DNA of 63,078 nucleotides, counting the filler, from Lenisia limosa (Eukaryota > Protista > Breviatea): assembly GCA_001655205.1 (NCBI GenBank). It is 10 parts of 10 records of this genome, joined end to end, with 100 filler letters (N's around TTAATTAATTAA, not from the genome) between each part and the next. Parts side by side here need not be neighbours in the genome. Positions count along the whole stretch, not along the records: positions 1 to 18,348 come from LPNZ01006100.1; 9 more parts are not named here. One strand, written 5' to 3'. The stretch's first letter is position 1; the number at the start of each line of letters is the position of its first letter. A model generated the notes under the pieces. The model had not been told where the DNA came from. It saw nothing but the letters and a program-made list of their open reading frames with translations, and did no database searches. The position numbers and the translations under genes were made by a program. This document shows, piece by piece, positions 1 through 13,500 of this stretch.

Positions 1-3000
1 TTTATAAGCTAGAGTGTGCAAGAGCTAATCGCTTCAGAACGTCGGAAGAGATTGTAGAACGTCAAGACGAGGGTGGAAACCACGACATTATCAGAGAAAA
101 GGTTGGAAGGATGGGCTGATCAAAATAATATTTCTGAGTTCATCAGTTTTTCTTTCATGAACTTCACTGCATATTGTAACCAGTGTCCAGTTTATGTAGA
201 ATATTTCTTTGATCTTTCTCACACTGCCCCAGGTGCGTAGCGGCGACTGCATATTCCTGGGTGAGGTCACTGAGAAGCTCGTCGTCACCCCCAACATAGA
301 CCATTTGATTGGCTTGATAGATACAATGTAATCACAAAACTGGTCTACGCCACAAGTCCAATATCTCTATTTAGCGTAAGTGGAGCTTCAGCGTAACACA
401 TTTATTCAAGAAAGAAGGGGGTCAGACGTAATAAACTTTCTGCCAAAAAGGGTAGTTCTCTGAGCATGAGATGTTGGACACGGTGAATCCCATTGACTGA
501 AGCCCCTCAAGATGAACATTTATTATATTACATAAACAACGCGTCAGCAAGTGTCAAAGTAAACGATGGAAGAAAAGTCACAACTGATACAACCTCATTC
601 CAAATTAGATCGGGGTAAACGTTAACATACTGGCGTCCTGGTTCGCCTCCAATTGAGGTGACGCTGAGCTGAACGTCTGATGATACTCTGGGTTTATTAT
701 TTTTGAAGTGATGTATGAACTTGTACTCAAATATATAGTAGCTATATGATGCACATAATATATGCATATGATAGAGTATATGATGCATGAACTTGTCCTC
801 ATAATATGATATGTATATAGTATGATGCATATATTACTGTGTATGTGTGTGTCTGCTTTGGGGTAAGAAGTTATGGCACGCACCAAAAAGCTGCTGCTAA
901 TTTTTCGAAAACATAATGGAGGAAGCAACATTCTTAACGATAACAAAACGCGATATGGCATCCGCAGCTTCAGTCAAACACCACTATTCAATTCGTCTCA
1001 TAATCTGATATTCATCCACATAATTACACTCTGAGGAATAATCTTAATTATTGCCGCTTTGTTTATTTGAAAACCAAATTATTTGAAATGTAGTCAATCT
1101 CAAAAACAAAAAAAAAATGACCGCACACCCTGAGTGGAAATTGCCGTTTGTCAATCCGTCTCGAGAATTGAAGACGATGGGGTAATCGGTTCCATTAGCC
1201 TGGGTGTCAAAGTCAATTCTAGTCATACAATAACAGCATGATGAACTCAATGATCATATAGTACGAAATACATGATTTCATACACTGTAAATAGCTATCA
1301 TATATATACAGTGACCGGGATAAGTCTTGACCGATTTGCAATGTGATTTCCCAAGGAAACTCGGTCAAGACTTATCCCTGTCACTGTATATGATATTCTA
1401 TATCGATATGTGATATATATATTATGTATGCATATAATAAACATACATATAGTATGTATAATTTACTACATTGCCCATATTATAGTACTATATATCATAA
1501 TCATAGTATATCAGATGCTGTATTTAGAATTATTGCTTTAAGTTAGAAACTACTTATCGGTAAATCCTCGATAATATACATGTATATATATGTATATATG
1601 ATATATTAGATGTTATTTTCGAATCAAAAACCAGCTCAAATAATACCTTATATCTAGTATCTGCATACAATCCAGCAAGAATCTAACCATCTCACCGAAA
1701 GAGACATTTCAAATAAGGTTGGTGGGCTGTTGCCGAACATGTTTGACTTGGCAAAAGTCAGCTGGTGGTAACCGGGAGTACCCGGGGTTGTAGCATCAAA
1801 TGTTTGTCTGGGTAGTCAAAATCAGTACTGAGATTTTCACTCAGAGCCAGAATGAAAATGAAATATCGATCTTTATCCAACCCTAATGGGTCTTTATCGA
1901 GAATATTCCATAATTAAAGCACAATAAAATAAGAAATGCCTCAACAAAACAATGACGCCGGAGGATCAAATATTATAGCTTGAACTGATTAGGCCAAGCA
2001 CGCCCTTTACTCTGACGCATAAAGTATTATAATATTATATATTCAGAGGGTATTGTGAAAATCATAAAGATTATTCTGTAATAACAGATTCATCATTTAC
2101 CATAATCCCCCCCATACGGAACATTTAGTGTCATTTGAGCAGTGGAACTGGGCGTAACACTGATGACATTTACAGCCGCGTTAGTACGTAACTTGGGAAT
2201 CACAAGCACCCAAGCTACGATTTTGTCGTGACAAACTCTCCCACCTCTACAGGGCAATGTTTAATATTCTCAACATGTAAGAAATTGGCAAATGTTCAAA
2301 AAAAAAAGACCTAGAAAATGTCTTTGAGTTTTCATAGTATATCATAGCAATTATGATATCATATAATACTTGGCTTCCCATTATTTCAAAAAACAAAATC
2401 CTGAAAACACTCCTATGTGGTAAAATCCAAAGCCCCCACCCTGATCCAATTAAATAGTTAACGACGCTGCCTGCAGGAGCGTTTTGGGCGTAAATCTGCA
2501 TGAATAAGAGCAAAACATTCACTTTGACATGCGGTTTGAATTTTACCACCCAAAACAATACAATAGCATACCTGGTGAAGTTGGAACTTTTTGATGTTGA
2601 CCGCGTAGCTGTGTCCGCCGCCAAGAAGGTTACCATCTGTGTTATGCTGTTACAAACAAAAAAAGACACTGCATTAGTACTTTGTTGTATTTTTGAATCG
2701 TATTATCGGAGAGGATAAGAAAACAAAAAGATAACTAAGATACTTGTTCCCTCAGAATGGTCCCTGTGAACCTGAGGAAGACTGTATTGGTCAGGTTCCA
2801 ATCATCCAACTGCTTGCAAAGTTGCAGGCAGATATATGAGGAATTTACAAGAAAGGACACGAGGGGCTATCGTAATAAAAAATTTTCGATCTAATCCTTT
2901 TCCCAAAAATATAACCGTATATGCGTTTATCCCTTTCTGGTTCATTATGATGAAGTGAAGCCAGATGTACCTCCCTCAAACTCAGTTTCATCGCACAAAC

Positions 3001-6000
3001 GGCGTAACCACCTCCCCCGGAATTGCGCAATGACATGAGAGACCCCGCAATGACAACAGCGTCTTCGGTGTTTCCCAGTGTAAGCGACTTGGCAACCGAG
3101 CTACACGCAGTATTGGCACTGTTTGTGACTAGGGTGTTAGTTTGTTACATTGTCTCTCCCAAAATCAAAGAATAAAAATCGAAAAATGGAAAAAGGGAGT
3201 ACTAATTGTAATACCCGGAAGAAGCCATCATTTTCAGGATGGTGATGTCAGGCAGCTGTCAACACTCATTAAATTTGTCAATGACGGATTAGACCGATAA
3301 AAGGCAATTGCTCTTCTCAAGAGACTATTAATCAAAACCCGCGTACAAGTAGGACATGTTGAAAGTCCGGTTTCGGACGTGGGAGCAGAAGACGACTTGG
3401 TGAAGGCCCCTGTCGCCTTGTGGATTGCCACTGTCACGGTAAGGGGAAAAATAGACGTAAATGCGAGTAATGAATGCATAGGCACCAGCATCATCATGAT
3501 TATCACCAGCATCACAGCATCATTATTATTATCACCAGCATCATCATTATTATCACCAGCATCATCATTTATTATCACCAGCATCATCATTTATTATCAC
3601 CAGCATCATCATTATCATCACTTAACCAACATCATCATTATCCCCAATAACATCAATAACTTAACAAAAATCATCAGCATCAACGCCGCCATATCCCACC
3701 GATTGACATCCATCTGAGAGGTGTGGCGTCTGTTGGCGTACTATTGCCTGTGGTGGCACCGCTTCCTCCAGTCCACTCAACCTGAATATTTAAATTACCA
3801 CAGTACAATCACTATTTCAAGAATAACTTCCAAATTTTAAATATCATATCTGAAAAGGCGTTTTCGCAACATGCTATGCTTCGAATTTCACACATATCAG
3901 CAAAATGATGCTTGGAAGAAATGTAAAAAAAAGGGGTAATGCGATTCAGAAGCGTTCACATTGTTATGTTTACACATATTGAGGCCGTCCACATTATTGT
4001 AGCTGAAAAGTCAGCCGTCAACAAACAAGTCAACAGAAATCTTACTCAAAAGAACACGTGACCCCCAACCCCCTTGACACCCCCCATATCTCAATGAGCC
4101 ACCATACCCAGAAAGAGTATTCTCCACTTGCATAGTCTGCAGCCCAACTCAAATGAAGAGGCTCAGTGTTGCCGTAAACACTATCACTTGACACCTTTGA
4201 TGAATAAAAACAATTGAATCATCCAATAGATTCAGTATTCAGAAATGATCACATGGTCAACTTTCGAGTTGAAATGATAAAACTCAAAAGCAATCTGCAA
4301 TACCCCAAAGCCCACTTGCGAAGACATCAACTCGACACCAGTTCCACCATTAACAGCAACCATTAAACGGGCGGTCACGTCAATTTCCTATTAATGATAT
4401 CAACATATATTGGTTTAAAAAAGAGCGGAAATCGTAGATAGATTTGGATTATGTGGTTCAATTCATTTGTTAGAAATACATTTTAAAGATATCATACTAT
4501 ATGATTGAAACAATTGAAGAATAAAGAGTACCACCAACACCAGCTGGAATGTAAGCAGGAATGAATGCCTGGACTAGTACAGCACTTGGCGGAAGGGTAG
4601 CACTCACTGAAAGACCCAAAGACGCATATGAAGTGGTTGCTGGGATGGGGGGGTGTATAAAAGATTTAAGAGACTTTAATTATTACACGGCTGGATATCA
4701 CACCTGTAATAATGGCCCAAAAAGTAAAGAAAATTACCAGTGGAGTGCTAAATGACAACAATCCTGCTTACCAGTCGCAAGAGTATTCATTGTAGCGCTT
4801 CTTTCAATTTTGGTGTCAATGGGGAAGGTCACTTTCGAGGGATCTATTTTGATCAATTTCGAGTGTAGAATAGATATGAGACATATCGAGAAATCTAGTC
4901 TGGAGTGTAGAGAAGTCCAAAATACCAACCCAACCCACCCATCATAATGCCATCAGCCGTTAAACCCACCCATCATAATGCCATCAGCCGTTAAACCCAC
5001 CCATCATAATGCNNNNNNNNNNNNNNNNNNNNNNNNNNNNNNNNNNNNNNNNNNNNNNNNNNNNNNNNNNNNNNNNNNNNNNNNNNNNNNNNNCATAATG
5101 CCATCAGCCGTTAAAGATTGTGCATGGAAGGTGTCGGCCAAAAGGTTGTCAAAAGACGCGGATTCAACAGATATGCTTCTGTCAGCCCCGTATTGAAGAG
5201 TCGCCCTAAGGTTGTTCATAAGGAGAATATTGTTTCCAAAACTCAATTTCATTTAGTGCAAAACATTAAGAAAATTAATAATAAATAACCCTATTAAATA
5301 GCTATGTTTGCATTAATAACTATTATGCGTTTCTATAGGAAGTATCTTGAGCAATTAATAGTACAGGACCTTAGTTATAGTAATAATAAGAATATTGAGA
5401 AATAAAAGAAGGATATGACAGATGCCAACGGCATATCTTATAATTTGTCAAATATTACTGATAAGATATTTTATAATATAGCTATCTTCAATATTTTCCA
5501 GGAAGAAATACGTTCAATTTTCTGATATTTCTCTCCAGTCAATATTTACCTTATATGTCTACCTTCTAGCCTCCAGGGTGTAAATAAAACATCAATAGAT
5601 TGAATGAAAGAAAATATGAAAAAGGTCACGTCATAATTGATGAGCATGTGATGAGGGAACGTGCCACGTCACCAGGTCAGGCTGATTAGCAATCCTCACA
5701 AGTTTTGTATCAAGCCAAAATCCTCCACAAACATCTTGTACAAATATTAAAAGATATTTGCCTACATGTAAACACGGGGTTTGTACATGCCCCCCCCCCC
5801 CCNNNNNNNNNNNNNNNNNNNNNNNNNNNNNNNNNNNNNNNNNNNNNNNNNNNNNNNNNNNNNNNNNNNNNNNNNNNNNNNNNNNNNNNNNNNNNNNNNN
5901 NNNNNNNNNNNNNNNNNNNNNNNNNNNNNNNNNNNNNNNNNNNNNNNNNNNNNNNNNNNNNNNNNNNNNNNNNNNNNNNNNNNNNNNNNNNNNNNNNNNN

Positions 6001-6131
6001 NNCTCACAGATGAGTACAGCAGGAGGTCTCCCATATGTATGATATTACTATGTGGAGAAAACGATACCAAAAACATACCAAGTTGTTGAGGAGAACACTG
6101 CTAAAAAGAAGAGAAGGAAGCTAATGCTCAT
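1..6131 (-). CDS. Multi-exon gene for a predicted secreted Ser/Thr/Gly-rich protein, family not recognised; 3' end near or beyond the window edge
   Basis: ATG at 6131 gives the signal-peptide-like MSISFLLFFLAVFSSTTW followed by a GTATG donor. Many short GT-AG exons follow, e.g. VEWTGGSGATTGNSTPTDATPLRWMSI (~3700-3783), VTNSANTACSSVAKSLTLGNTEDAVVIAG (~2970-3130), QTFDATTPGTPGYHQLTFAKSNMFG (~1701-1812), IDFDTQANGTDYPIVFNSRDG (~1130-1220). Joining them into one gene is inference. Confidence 0.65.
1309..1386. mobile_element. Family A MITE (Tc1/mariner-like), intact copy in an intron
   Basis: Arms CAGTGAC(C/A)GGGATAAGTCTTGACCGA are inverted with one mismatch and flanked by TATA on both sides. CAGTG termini with a TA target are typical of Tc1/mariner elements. 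Confidence 0.8.
3485..3690. repeat. Imperfect (ATC/ATT)n and ATCACCAGC low-complexity intronic repeat
   Basis: Repeated atcaccagcatcatcattatt-like units are visible in the sequence. Confidence 0.8.
4935..5114. repeat. 31-bp tandem repeat (cccacccatcataatgccatcagccgttaaa), interrupted by a gap
   Basis: cataatgc recurs at 4943, 4974, 5005 and 5094. Confidence 0.9.
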
Positions 6132-6346
6132 GTTGTTCCTTTTATAAGTGAAACAAAAATAAAAATGAATTTGTTGTATCTGCAGATCTGTAGATCAGAA
6201 TTTTTTCTTCAACCAAGCCTGGTTCTCATTAGGTGTTAGTATTCTGCTATCTGTCCCCAACTATTCTATTTTTTATCCGAGCGTCTGCCGAGTGCTGGAA
6301 GTATATTATATAGTCAGTATATGTAAATAGTTGGCCCTCAGGAGGT

Positions 6347-9300
6347 TTAGACGTTGACATTGATTCTCTTGCTCTGAATCACCGCCACCCCTTGTTCAAC
6401 CCGAGCTCAACCAATGATCACCCCGGAGAAGATATGACTAACCTCCATGTATCAAAAGCAATAATATGTCTCACAATCCAAAACACTAAAAAAACACCTG
6501 AAAATACAACACAAACCAGCTACAAAACTCTCAATAATACGCTCTCAGTCACACGTCCGTTTTGGTTCGGATGACGCGATATTGCGGCCATGATGACGGG
6601 GCCACCCACTCTGCCGGCATCCTGGGAGGTCAATGAGGAGGCTTTTCCAACAGGCACGATAATGTTCAAGAACGCACACAGAGGAATTGTTTTGAAATGC
6701 GATGAGAAAAACTGATAATGATATGATGAATAATGGAACTTGCCCATAATACCCCCTCCCTCACCCCAATTTGGTGTCAGCAATCGTGACTCTAGGCCCG
6801 CCTTCTGCTAAAAGGGACTGGAGGCGTAAAGGTCTCAAGATATCACATGGTGTATAGGTACAGAAGGTAAGAGCCAACACCAGAGGGAATCATAAGAATA
6901 CTATCCATTATATAATCTAAAAAACAGAGCCACTAATCCCCATAGACCTGTCACACACACCACAATGAACCTGCGAGGACCCCTCGCTAACCTGCGAGGA
7001 CCCGTTCCGAGGAGTACGGTGGCTTGAGACTGTCGACTCTGCTTGGTTCTTTGTCATTGACTGTGACATGGACTGGGGGGGGGGGGTAAATGTGGCTNNN
7101 NNNNNNNNNNNNNNNNNNNNNNNNNNNNNNNNNNNNNNNNNNNNNNNNNNNNNNNNNNNNNNNNNNNNNNNNNNNNNNNNNNTGAAAAAAACACATAAAC
7201 AGAATAAATCTTCCTTGTCAAAGGGAGTAAGATGAAAAGGTCTAGTATTCAGCAACGAACCTTGATCAAGCCGAGGGTTGGGATGTCTCCTGGCGCATGG
7301 GCCAAAACTGCCTAGTATGGTCAAGGGATTTTCGATGGGGGTTTGCAGTCACTGTTTTTTTTTTGCACCAATTTTATAATAATACAACACAATAAAATTG
7401 GTACAGCAAAAGAATACTATATGAGAAATAGTTATGCAATTATCCTATCACTTAGCCTGAAAAAACTACACCGTGTTTAGAGCACTACCCCCCAACCTTG
7501 AGGAGTCTGAGAGCGGTGCGCCAGTCGCCATCGATATAGGCGTCCACTGCCGAATCGAATGCCGTCAGACACTCCGTCGAAAGGGGGTGACAATCGTCTA
7601 ATGGTCAGACATTCAGCGGAAAGTGGGANNNNNNNNNNNNNNNNNNNNNNNNNNNNNNNNNNNNNNNNNNNNNNNNNNNNNNNNNNNNNNNNNNNNNNNN
7701 NNNNNNNNNNNNNNNNNNNNNNNNNNNNNNNNNNNNNNNNNNNNNNNNNNNNNNNNNACGGTACTAAATAGTCGTTGCCGTGGTCTGTGATGTGACCGGT
7801 GCGGTTAGTGAGGGTCCCGGTGCGGTTCGTCAGTTGGTCGTTGCGTAGGACAGTGGCTTTGGAACCATTGCGAGCCTCTCGTACCGCCGCGATCCACCCG
7901 GCCTCCCTCCAGGACAGGGCCGAGGGCTGGCAGTTAGCGGTGTTAATACAATACAAAGAGGTTGGATCTGGCACATGGAGATATTGGATTATGGGGTATA
8001 GGAACTAAGAGTTGCATTGATAACTGATTATGAAATAGCCCTATCAATAAACCTTACCTGGGGTACCAGCGGGCTGCTAGAGAGGGGAGCTATATTGATA
8101 GACACGCGGGTATCAGGGTCCACTGAGGGGAGCGTGGGTGAGGCCTTTTTCGGCTTGGTGCTGGTGTCAGGCGATATGTCTGGCATTTCTTCCTGGGGGG
8201 GGGGGNNNNNNNNNNNNNNNNNNNNNNNNNNNNNNNNNNNNNNNNNNNNNNNNNNNNNNNNNNNNNNNNNNNNNNNNNNNNNNNNNNNNNNNNNATATCA
8301 TAACTTACCTCGTCCTTGATATTGGTAAGCACTTTGAGCTGAGACGCACTGCCCTCTGTTCCCAATGTCAGGATCTCAGACCCCTGTGAGTTCTCCGTAC
8401 TGAGAGGCGCGTTCGGCATGGCCTCCTGTTACATTAGTTACACGATGCTGTGAGGTAAAGCTTGCATGTGCGCATTAGCACCCTCCTTTAATAATGTGGC
8501 TTTCCACCCCATGCCGGACCTACCTCGAGAGCATAGGATAGGACCGGGGCCGAAGACGTCTCGGGAGCCGGGGGGCTGCGGTCGCGTGATGGTGAGGCTG
8601 GCGCAACTACCGCGTCAATGTTAACGTGAAATCGAAAAGTGGCGCAATTGTGAATATGAATAAAAAAAGTGAGGGTTATTATGCACAGAGTAGATTACCC
8701 CACCCGAAATAACCGGGGCCTTTAGACTGTTGGAGCTGAGCCTGGACTTCAGGATGGGCACAGGCATCGGAGTGGGTGTGTCCGACATTGACGTCACTGA
8801 GGGCGATGCTTCGGCCGGACTGGGCGGAGTGAAATGGCAAAGTTGTGAGCGNNNNNNNNNNNNNNNNNNNNNNNNNNNNNNNNNNNNNNNNNNNNNNNNN
8901 NNNNNNNNNNNNNNNNNNNNNNNNNNNNNNNNNNNNNNNNNNNNNNNNNNNNNNNNNNNNNNNNNAGTCTCGTGACAAAATCCCAACCAACACGTCATAG
9001 CCTCTGGGAAGTGTGTCAAGGAAGTCGCACCACCAGACAAGGATAGGTTCGGACACTGTGCTTTCTGTGGGGTTAGCTTGTCATATCGTGTGGCTAATAG
9101 GGGACTGTGAGAGCGTGGATAAGTATACCAGTCTACTCGATTCAGTAGCAACATGACCTCCCATCTCAACAGAGTCCCCAAACCTTGGCTGTAGCTGAAG
9201 TCCTGGGGTGGAGGCGAGGGGATGAAGGAGTCAAAGAAACTCTCGGATGGACTTGGGGCATGAGGAGTTGAAACATAGTGGTTATGCCATGTACCTCAAG

Positions 9301-10470
9301 ATTTCTCGGTCCCATGAAAAATTCTTGTCTCAATCAATCCAAGTCCTATCCGCCAAATACCTTTGAGGAGCGGCTGAGTTTGAAAACGACTGCGAGTTAA
9401 CAGCAATTTGGTCGATGACGCGACAGAACGGCTGTAAAGATGAGTCCGCTGAGTATCTAAGAGCTCTTTCAACATTCAGACACGAACAAATAACTTGCTA
9501 AGCAGAAATAGGCAATACAGAAATGCGCTAACAGTGAGTTCATCAGACAAGAGGTCCACAGCGGCCTGGGACAGAACAAGGGAAGACGAGGGCGGTGCAA
9601 TGTCGGAGAGAGATACCAATAGAGTAAGCTGCGGAAAGAGGGTTACGTCACCTCAGAAACATGATGGTAAAAGAATGAAACAGACACCAAGTACCTCTTT
9701 CTCAAGACCGTCTCGGAAGATAACCTGTTTTGAGCTGTTTCCTCTCAGAAGCCTCCTTTGACTGGAGGTTTGCTTCCTCTTCCGCGAACTGGAGACTGTC
9801 ACATCTCATGCAAATATTGTATAATATACAGATGATAGATAATAATATTTGCTATTCACTTCAGAATCTACTGTGTATCATGTTCTTGCTAATGTATGAT
9901 ATGATATAACATATAATGTATCTTCAACTACAAAATGTGTTCATTGGGGTATAATGTGTTCATGGGGGTATAATCCAGCATCCTGTCATGCTATTATCCA
10001 AGAAAAAGAATTAGCGTCTTATTTCATCTCTATTATCCCGAGATGTGTGAAACTTCGACTTTAATTACCCCACGATGTCGTACTGGAGGGGCGATGGAGA
10101 GGGAACCCTGCAGTCTCATCAGCATGAGGGGATTTCTGTGGAAAGTGAGACAATAGCACCGTACCTCGGGGTCACTTCGGCTTCAGGGAATAAAAATGAT
10201 CGTACGCATATAACAAAAACAATTAGCCATTTTTATGAGTGCCCCCCCCCCCACCACATCATCAGCCGTACTGAAAATAGTTTCCAAGGTGTTTTCGGGA
10301 CTAAAAGAATGAGGCAGAACAGATGTAAGCAAAGGTTAAAAACTAACAGTTACCCCCACTCTTTAGTCTCAGCCGGCATGGGCAGTTTGTAGTCACTGGA
10401 CACGAGTACCGAATCTGCGGGGAGGATTGTAGGTGGTCCGTGCCGGGAAAGGGTCTGAGGGGTGAGGAGT
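6347..10470 (-). CDS. Ser/Pro/Arg-rich exons: long C-terminal tail of the cyclase-like gene, or a separate gene
   Basis: GT-AG bounded exons such as VSSSRKRKQTSSQRRLLRGNSSKQVIFRDGLEKE (~9695-9800), PHAPSPSESFFDSFIPSPPPQDFSYSQ (~9186-9270) and IIVPVGKASSLTSQDAGRVGGPVIM (~6545-6665). Candidate TAA at 6347-6349. Gaps prevent a full splice model. Confidence 0.5.
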
Positions 10471-10547
10471 CGCAATAAGTGAACGGTCAGTATAAAAATA
10501 TGAATTACCCCAAACCCCTATTTCCCCCCATGTCAGCCCACCCCTAC

Positions 10548-13500
10548 ATGTGCGGGGGACGCCAATGGTAGGGCGTGGGTAGTGCAGATATCGGGACCTG
10601 GATGGTTAGGTGCATAATATGTTGCCAAATGAGTAAAATAATAATGGTGTAAATACTATACTGTAATCCAATATCTCTCAGAAGCGTGATGGTGTGGACG
10701 GCTTCGCCTTTGTAGGATGCCAAAGGAAGGAAATTGAAAATTTCTCAACGATCCAATGAGTCTTCCATACCCCCCCACCAATATACACGGTGTCCAGTTT
10801 GTGTCGGGAGCCGATAGTGCATTCTAAAGCCTCTCCAGCGTGGATGGCGATGTCGACTTCCAAGCGCTGCGAGGGTAAGGGGGGGGGGGGGNNNNNNNNN
10901 NNNNNNNNNNNNNNNNNNNNNNNNNNNNNNNNNNNNNNNNNNNNNNNNNNNNNNNNNNNNNNNNNNNNNNNNNNNNNNNNNNNAGTCTTGGCCATGCATG
11001 CCAATGCCAATGGGAGGTGACAAGGTGGGACAACGGCGTCTACAAACCTCAAGCCAGGCTAAGTACTCTTTCGGGATTTTCTGTTTTCGATGTTCTCTTT
11101 CAACCGCTCTCCTCACTGCCTCAAGCATGCTGCCTTGGAACTGCGGGAGGGGGGTGAAATGGGAAATTTATGACACACAAAAAAAGTCCAAAATTAGCTC
11201 TGTGAACTAACCCCCCCTACCTGGGCCATAGCCAGCAGTGGACGGTCACAGGCATCCTTGGGGTTCTTGCTGAACTCTGACGTTTTCCACACAATCAAAA
11301 CGCCCTGGCCCACTGGGCGGGAAGGCGCTCCCCCGTAGGCGTAGCTGAATGATAAGCATGGTTGTGTATTACTTTGATTCTTGTTAATGCAACTAATAGA
11401 AGATAGCGCGCGGATTGTATACTATTGGGTAATCAGGGTACTTGTTCTATATTTGTCTGGCTTTAGAGCATTATACCCCCCCCCCCCACGCAAGGTTATG
11501 AACAGTGCCGGCAAATCGGTTCAGAAAGAGCTGGAAACATGAGATGAAAAGAGGAGAAGAAAAGGATGTTTTGAACGTATTTCTGTTGCTTTTGGAATAC
11601 CACGTGAACATATTAGACCCGCTGGAAAGTAGTGAAAACAACACATCACCTCTGCGAACCGAAATATCAGGCCCCACGGCGCTCGAGATGTTTGACAGGT
11701 TCCGGATGCGGACGTAAACAAACACTCCACGAACCTGGGGGGGGGGNNNNNNNNNNNNNNNNNNNNNNNNNNNNNNNNNNNNNNNNNNNNNNNNNNNNNN
11801 NNNNNNNNNNNNNNNNNNNNNNNNNNNAACACATGATGAAAAGAACTCAAAAGGGATAATGGGGGGTGGGGGAGGCGAATGTGAGAACTGGTATGCCGGA
11901 AGAGGCATGTCGATTCCTTTTTTCCACCCAGGAGACTTGTGATTGTTTTTTTGAAAAAATACAATGATGAAGAGACGGTTTTTACGATTGATGCTCCTGA
12001 TCACGACACGGCATTGACCTTGTTCTGGCCACTCAGCTCCTTTTCAACCTATTATCATGATGAACTTATTTCATTCTGAATTAAGAGGTATCCTGAACCT
12101 TCAGCTCTAAAGATAATTTGGACGATATCCCTCGACCTGGGCGATGTGATCCGAGGGATTGAGGTTACCGCTCTCTGCAGACCACGTCCGGCGAATCTTC
12201 ACCGTGTGTTTATTTCAAAGAAGAAACGACAGTGGCAACTGATACGTACACACTACAATGTGTTATGTATGATAGTATCTGAAACTGCCCTAATCACCAA
12301 AATTGCGACCAGATACATACACCCTTTCTTTATTTCTCATCTCTTATATAATATCATATATGATAGAGTATAAAATATTTCTGACTAACAGATGGTAGGA
12401 GGTCAACAAGATCTGCAGATTCGTGTCCACGTTCTTGAAGACACACAAGACGGCATGTGCCCAATGTTATTTCCATTATTTTATGATACTGACGAGTTCT
12501 GAAGTGGTGGGTTAAGGGGACGATATCATTTATTAAGAATTGCCTTTCAACCGTGTTCACTAACTTTTAAGTCAAGACCCAGTCTGGGTCCGCGCCAAGA
12601 TTGACCAGCTCCTATCTAAAGGAAGCTTCATTGCGTGTTTGAGTCAGCTTGACCAAATCAAGCATTTAGGAATATTTTTACTTTTTCGTACATTACCTCT
12701 TTATCATCCATCGACCCGATTGCTATGTGCTGTTTCATCTAAGTTGTTTCACTCCAATTATCTTTATTCTTATTTTCAGCATTTTCAAGATCTCCCCAAA
12801 AGGGTGCCAGCTGCTAGCCAACTGGCCAAGGTCTACCAGCGAAATAAGAAACTGAACTCCCAATCGAAGGACACGGTCACGCTTGCTCTCAAGGGATTCT
12901 CCACCTTCACGTAATTGGGAAAAACAGTTTAAAATTTGTTTTGCTTCACTTTCTAACAACACCTTTTAAGCAAAAAGTTTGCACTGTGCTACAGTGGCTC
13001 GGAGAGCGACGACGACGAGAGCAGCCAGTATGCATAAATGTGTCATTTGCTACGTATACTACAATTGCGGATCATATATTATACCCCCCCACCTGTCGGG
13101 CCGGGGTCATGACGGACAGGTCACCACCGCGCGATAAGTTGCGCGTGACTAACGCGGCACCTGGAGGGATGAGAGCAGAATGTGTGGCATGTGCATTGGA
13201 TTGGACAACATACCTGCTTCACCCATGCTTGCTTGCATGAGACCGACAATCATCTTCAGATTCGACTAAATCGTCATTTCGCTTCTTTGAGTTTCTTTTT
13301 CACATTGAAGATTATTGGCAAACAGCACACATGAAAAACATGTCACGCGAGTCTCAAAATAAAACAGCCAATACTACTGGAAATCAGTCAAAATACGGAC
13401 CCCCCCCCCCCAACCAGCATAACTCCGGTTTCAGTTTCGTTGGAAACAGTCAGTTTGTTAAGTGCGATATTAGGCGTCTTAGCCACTTGCTCCATCACAG

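Noticed and set aside
5013-5093. Internal N runs as masked biological elements
   Set aside because: The 31-bp repeat is out of phase across this run (89 bp versus 93 expected), and most runs abut G/C homopolymers. They look like assembly gaps of estimated length. ORF-track entries spanning X runs are not evidence of coding.
12070-12500. In-frame TGA/TAA codons between open segments, suggesting a variant genetic code or selenocysteine (also near 12967, 34110 and 40758)
   Set aside because: Confident genes use TGG for Trp and CAA/CAG for Gln, and end in TGA (30086, 54098) or TAA (36830). The 856-codon ORF has no internal stops. Introns or wrong-strand reading explain these cases.
12553-12571. 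Apparent 19-nt intron GTGTTCACTAACTTTTAAG
   Set aside because: The same acceptor fits a normal 115-nt intron from the donor at 12457 in the same phase, and the short version would retain an in-frame TGA upstream.
12735-13050. Minus-strand reading with a signal-peptide-like start (MTHLCILAALVVV...) inside the cyclase intron
   Set aside because: It is interrupted by TAA and lacks a consistent splice model, whereas the plus strand gives three phase-matched exons.
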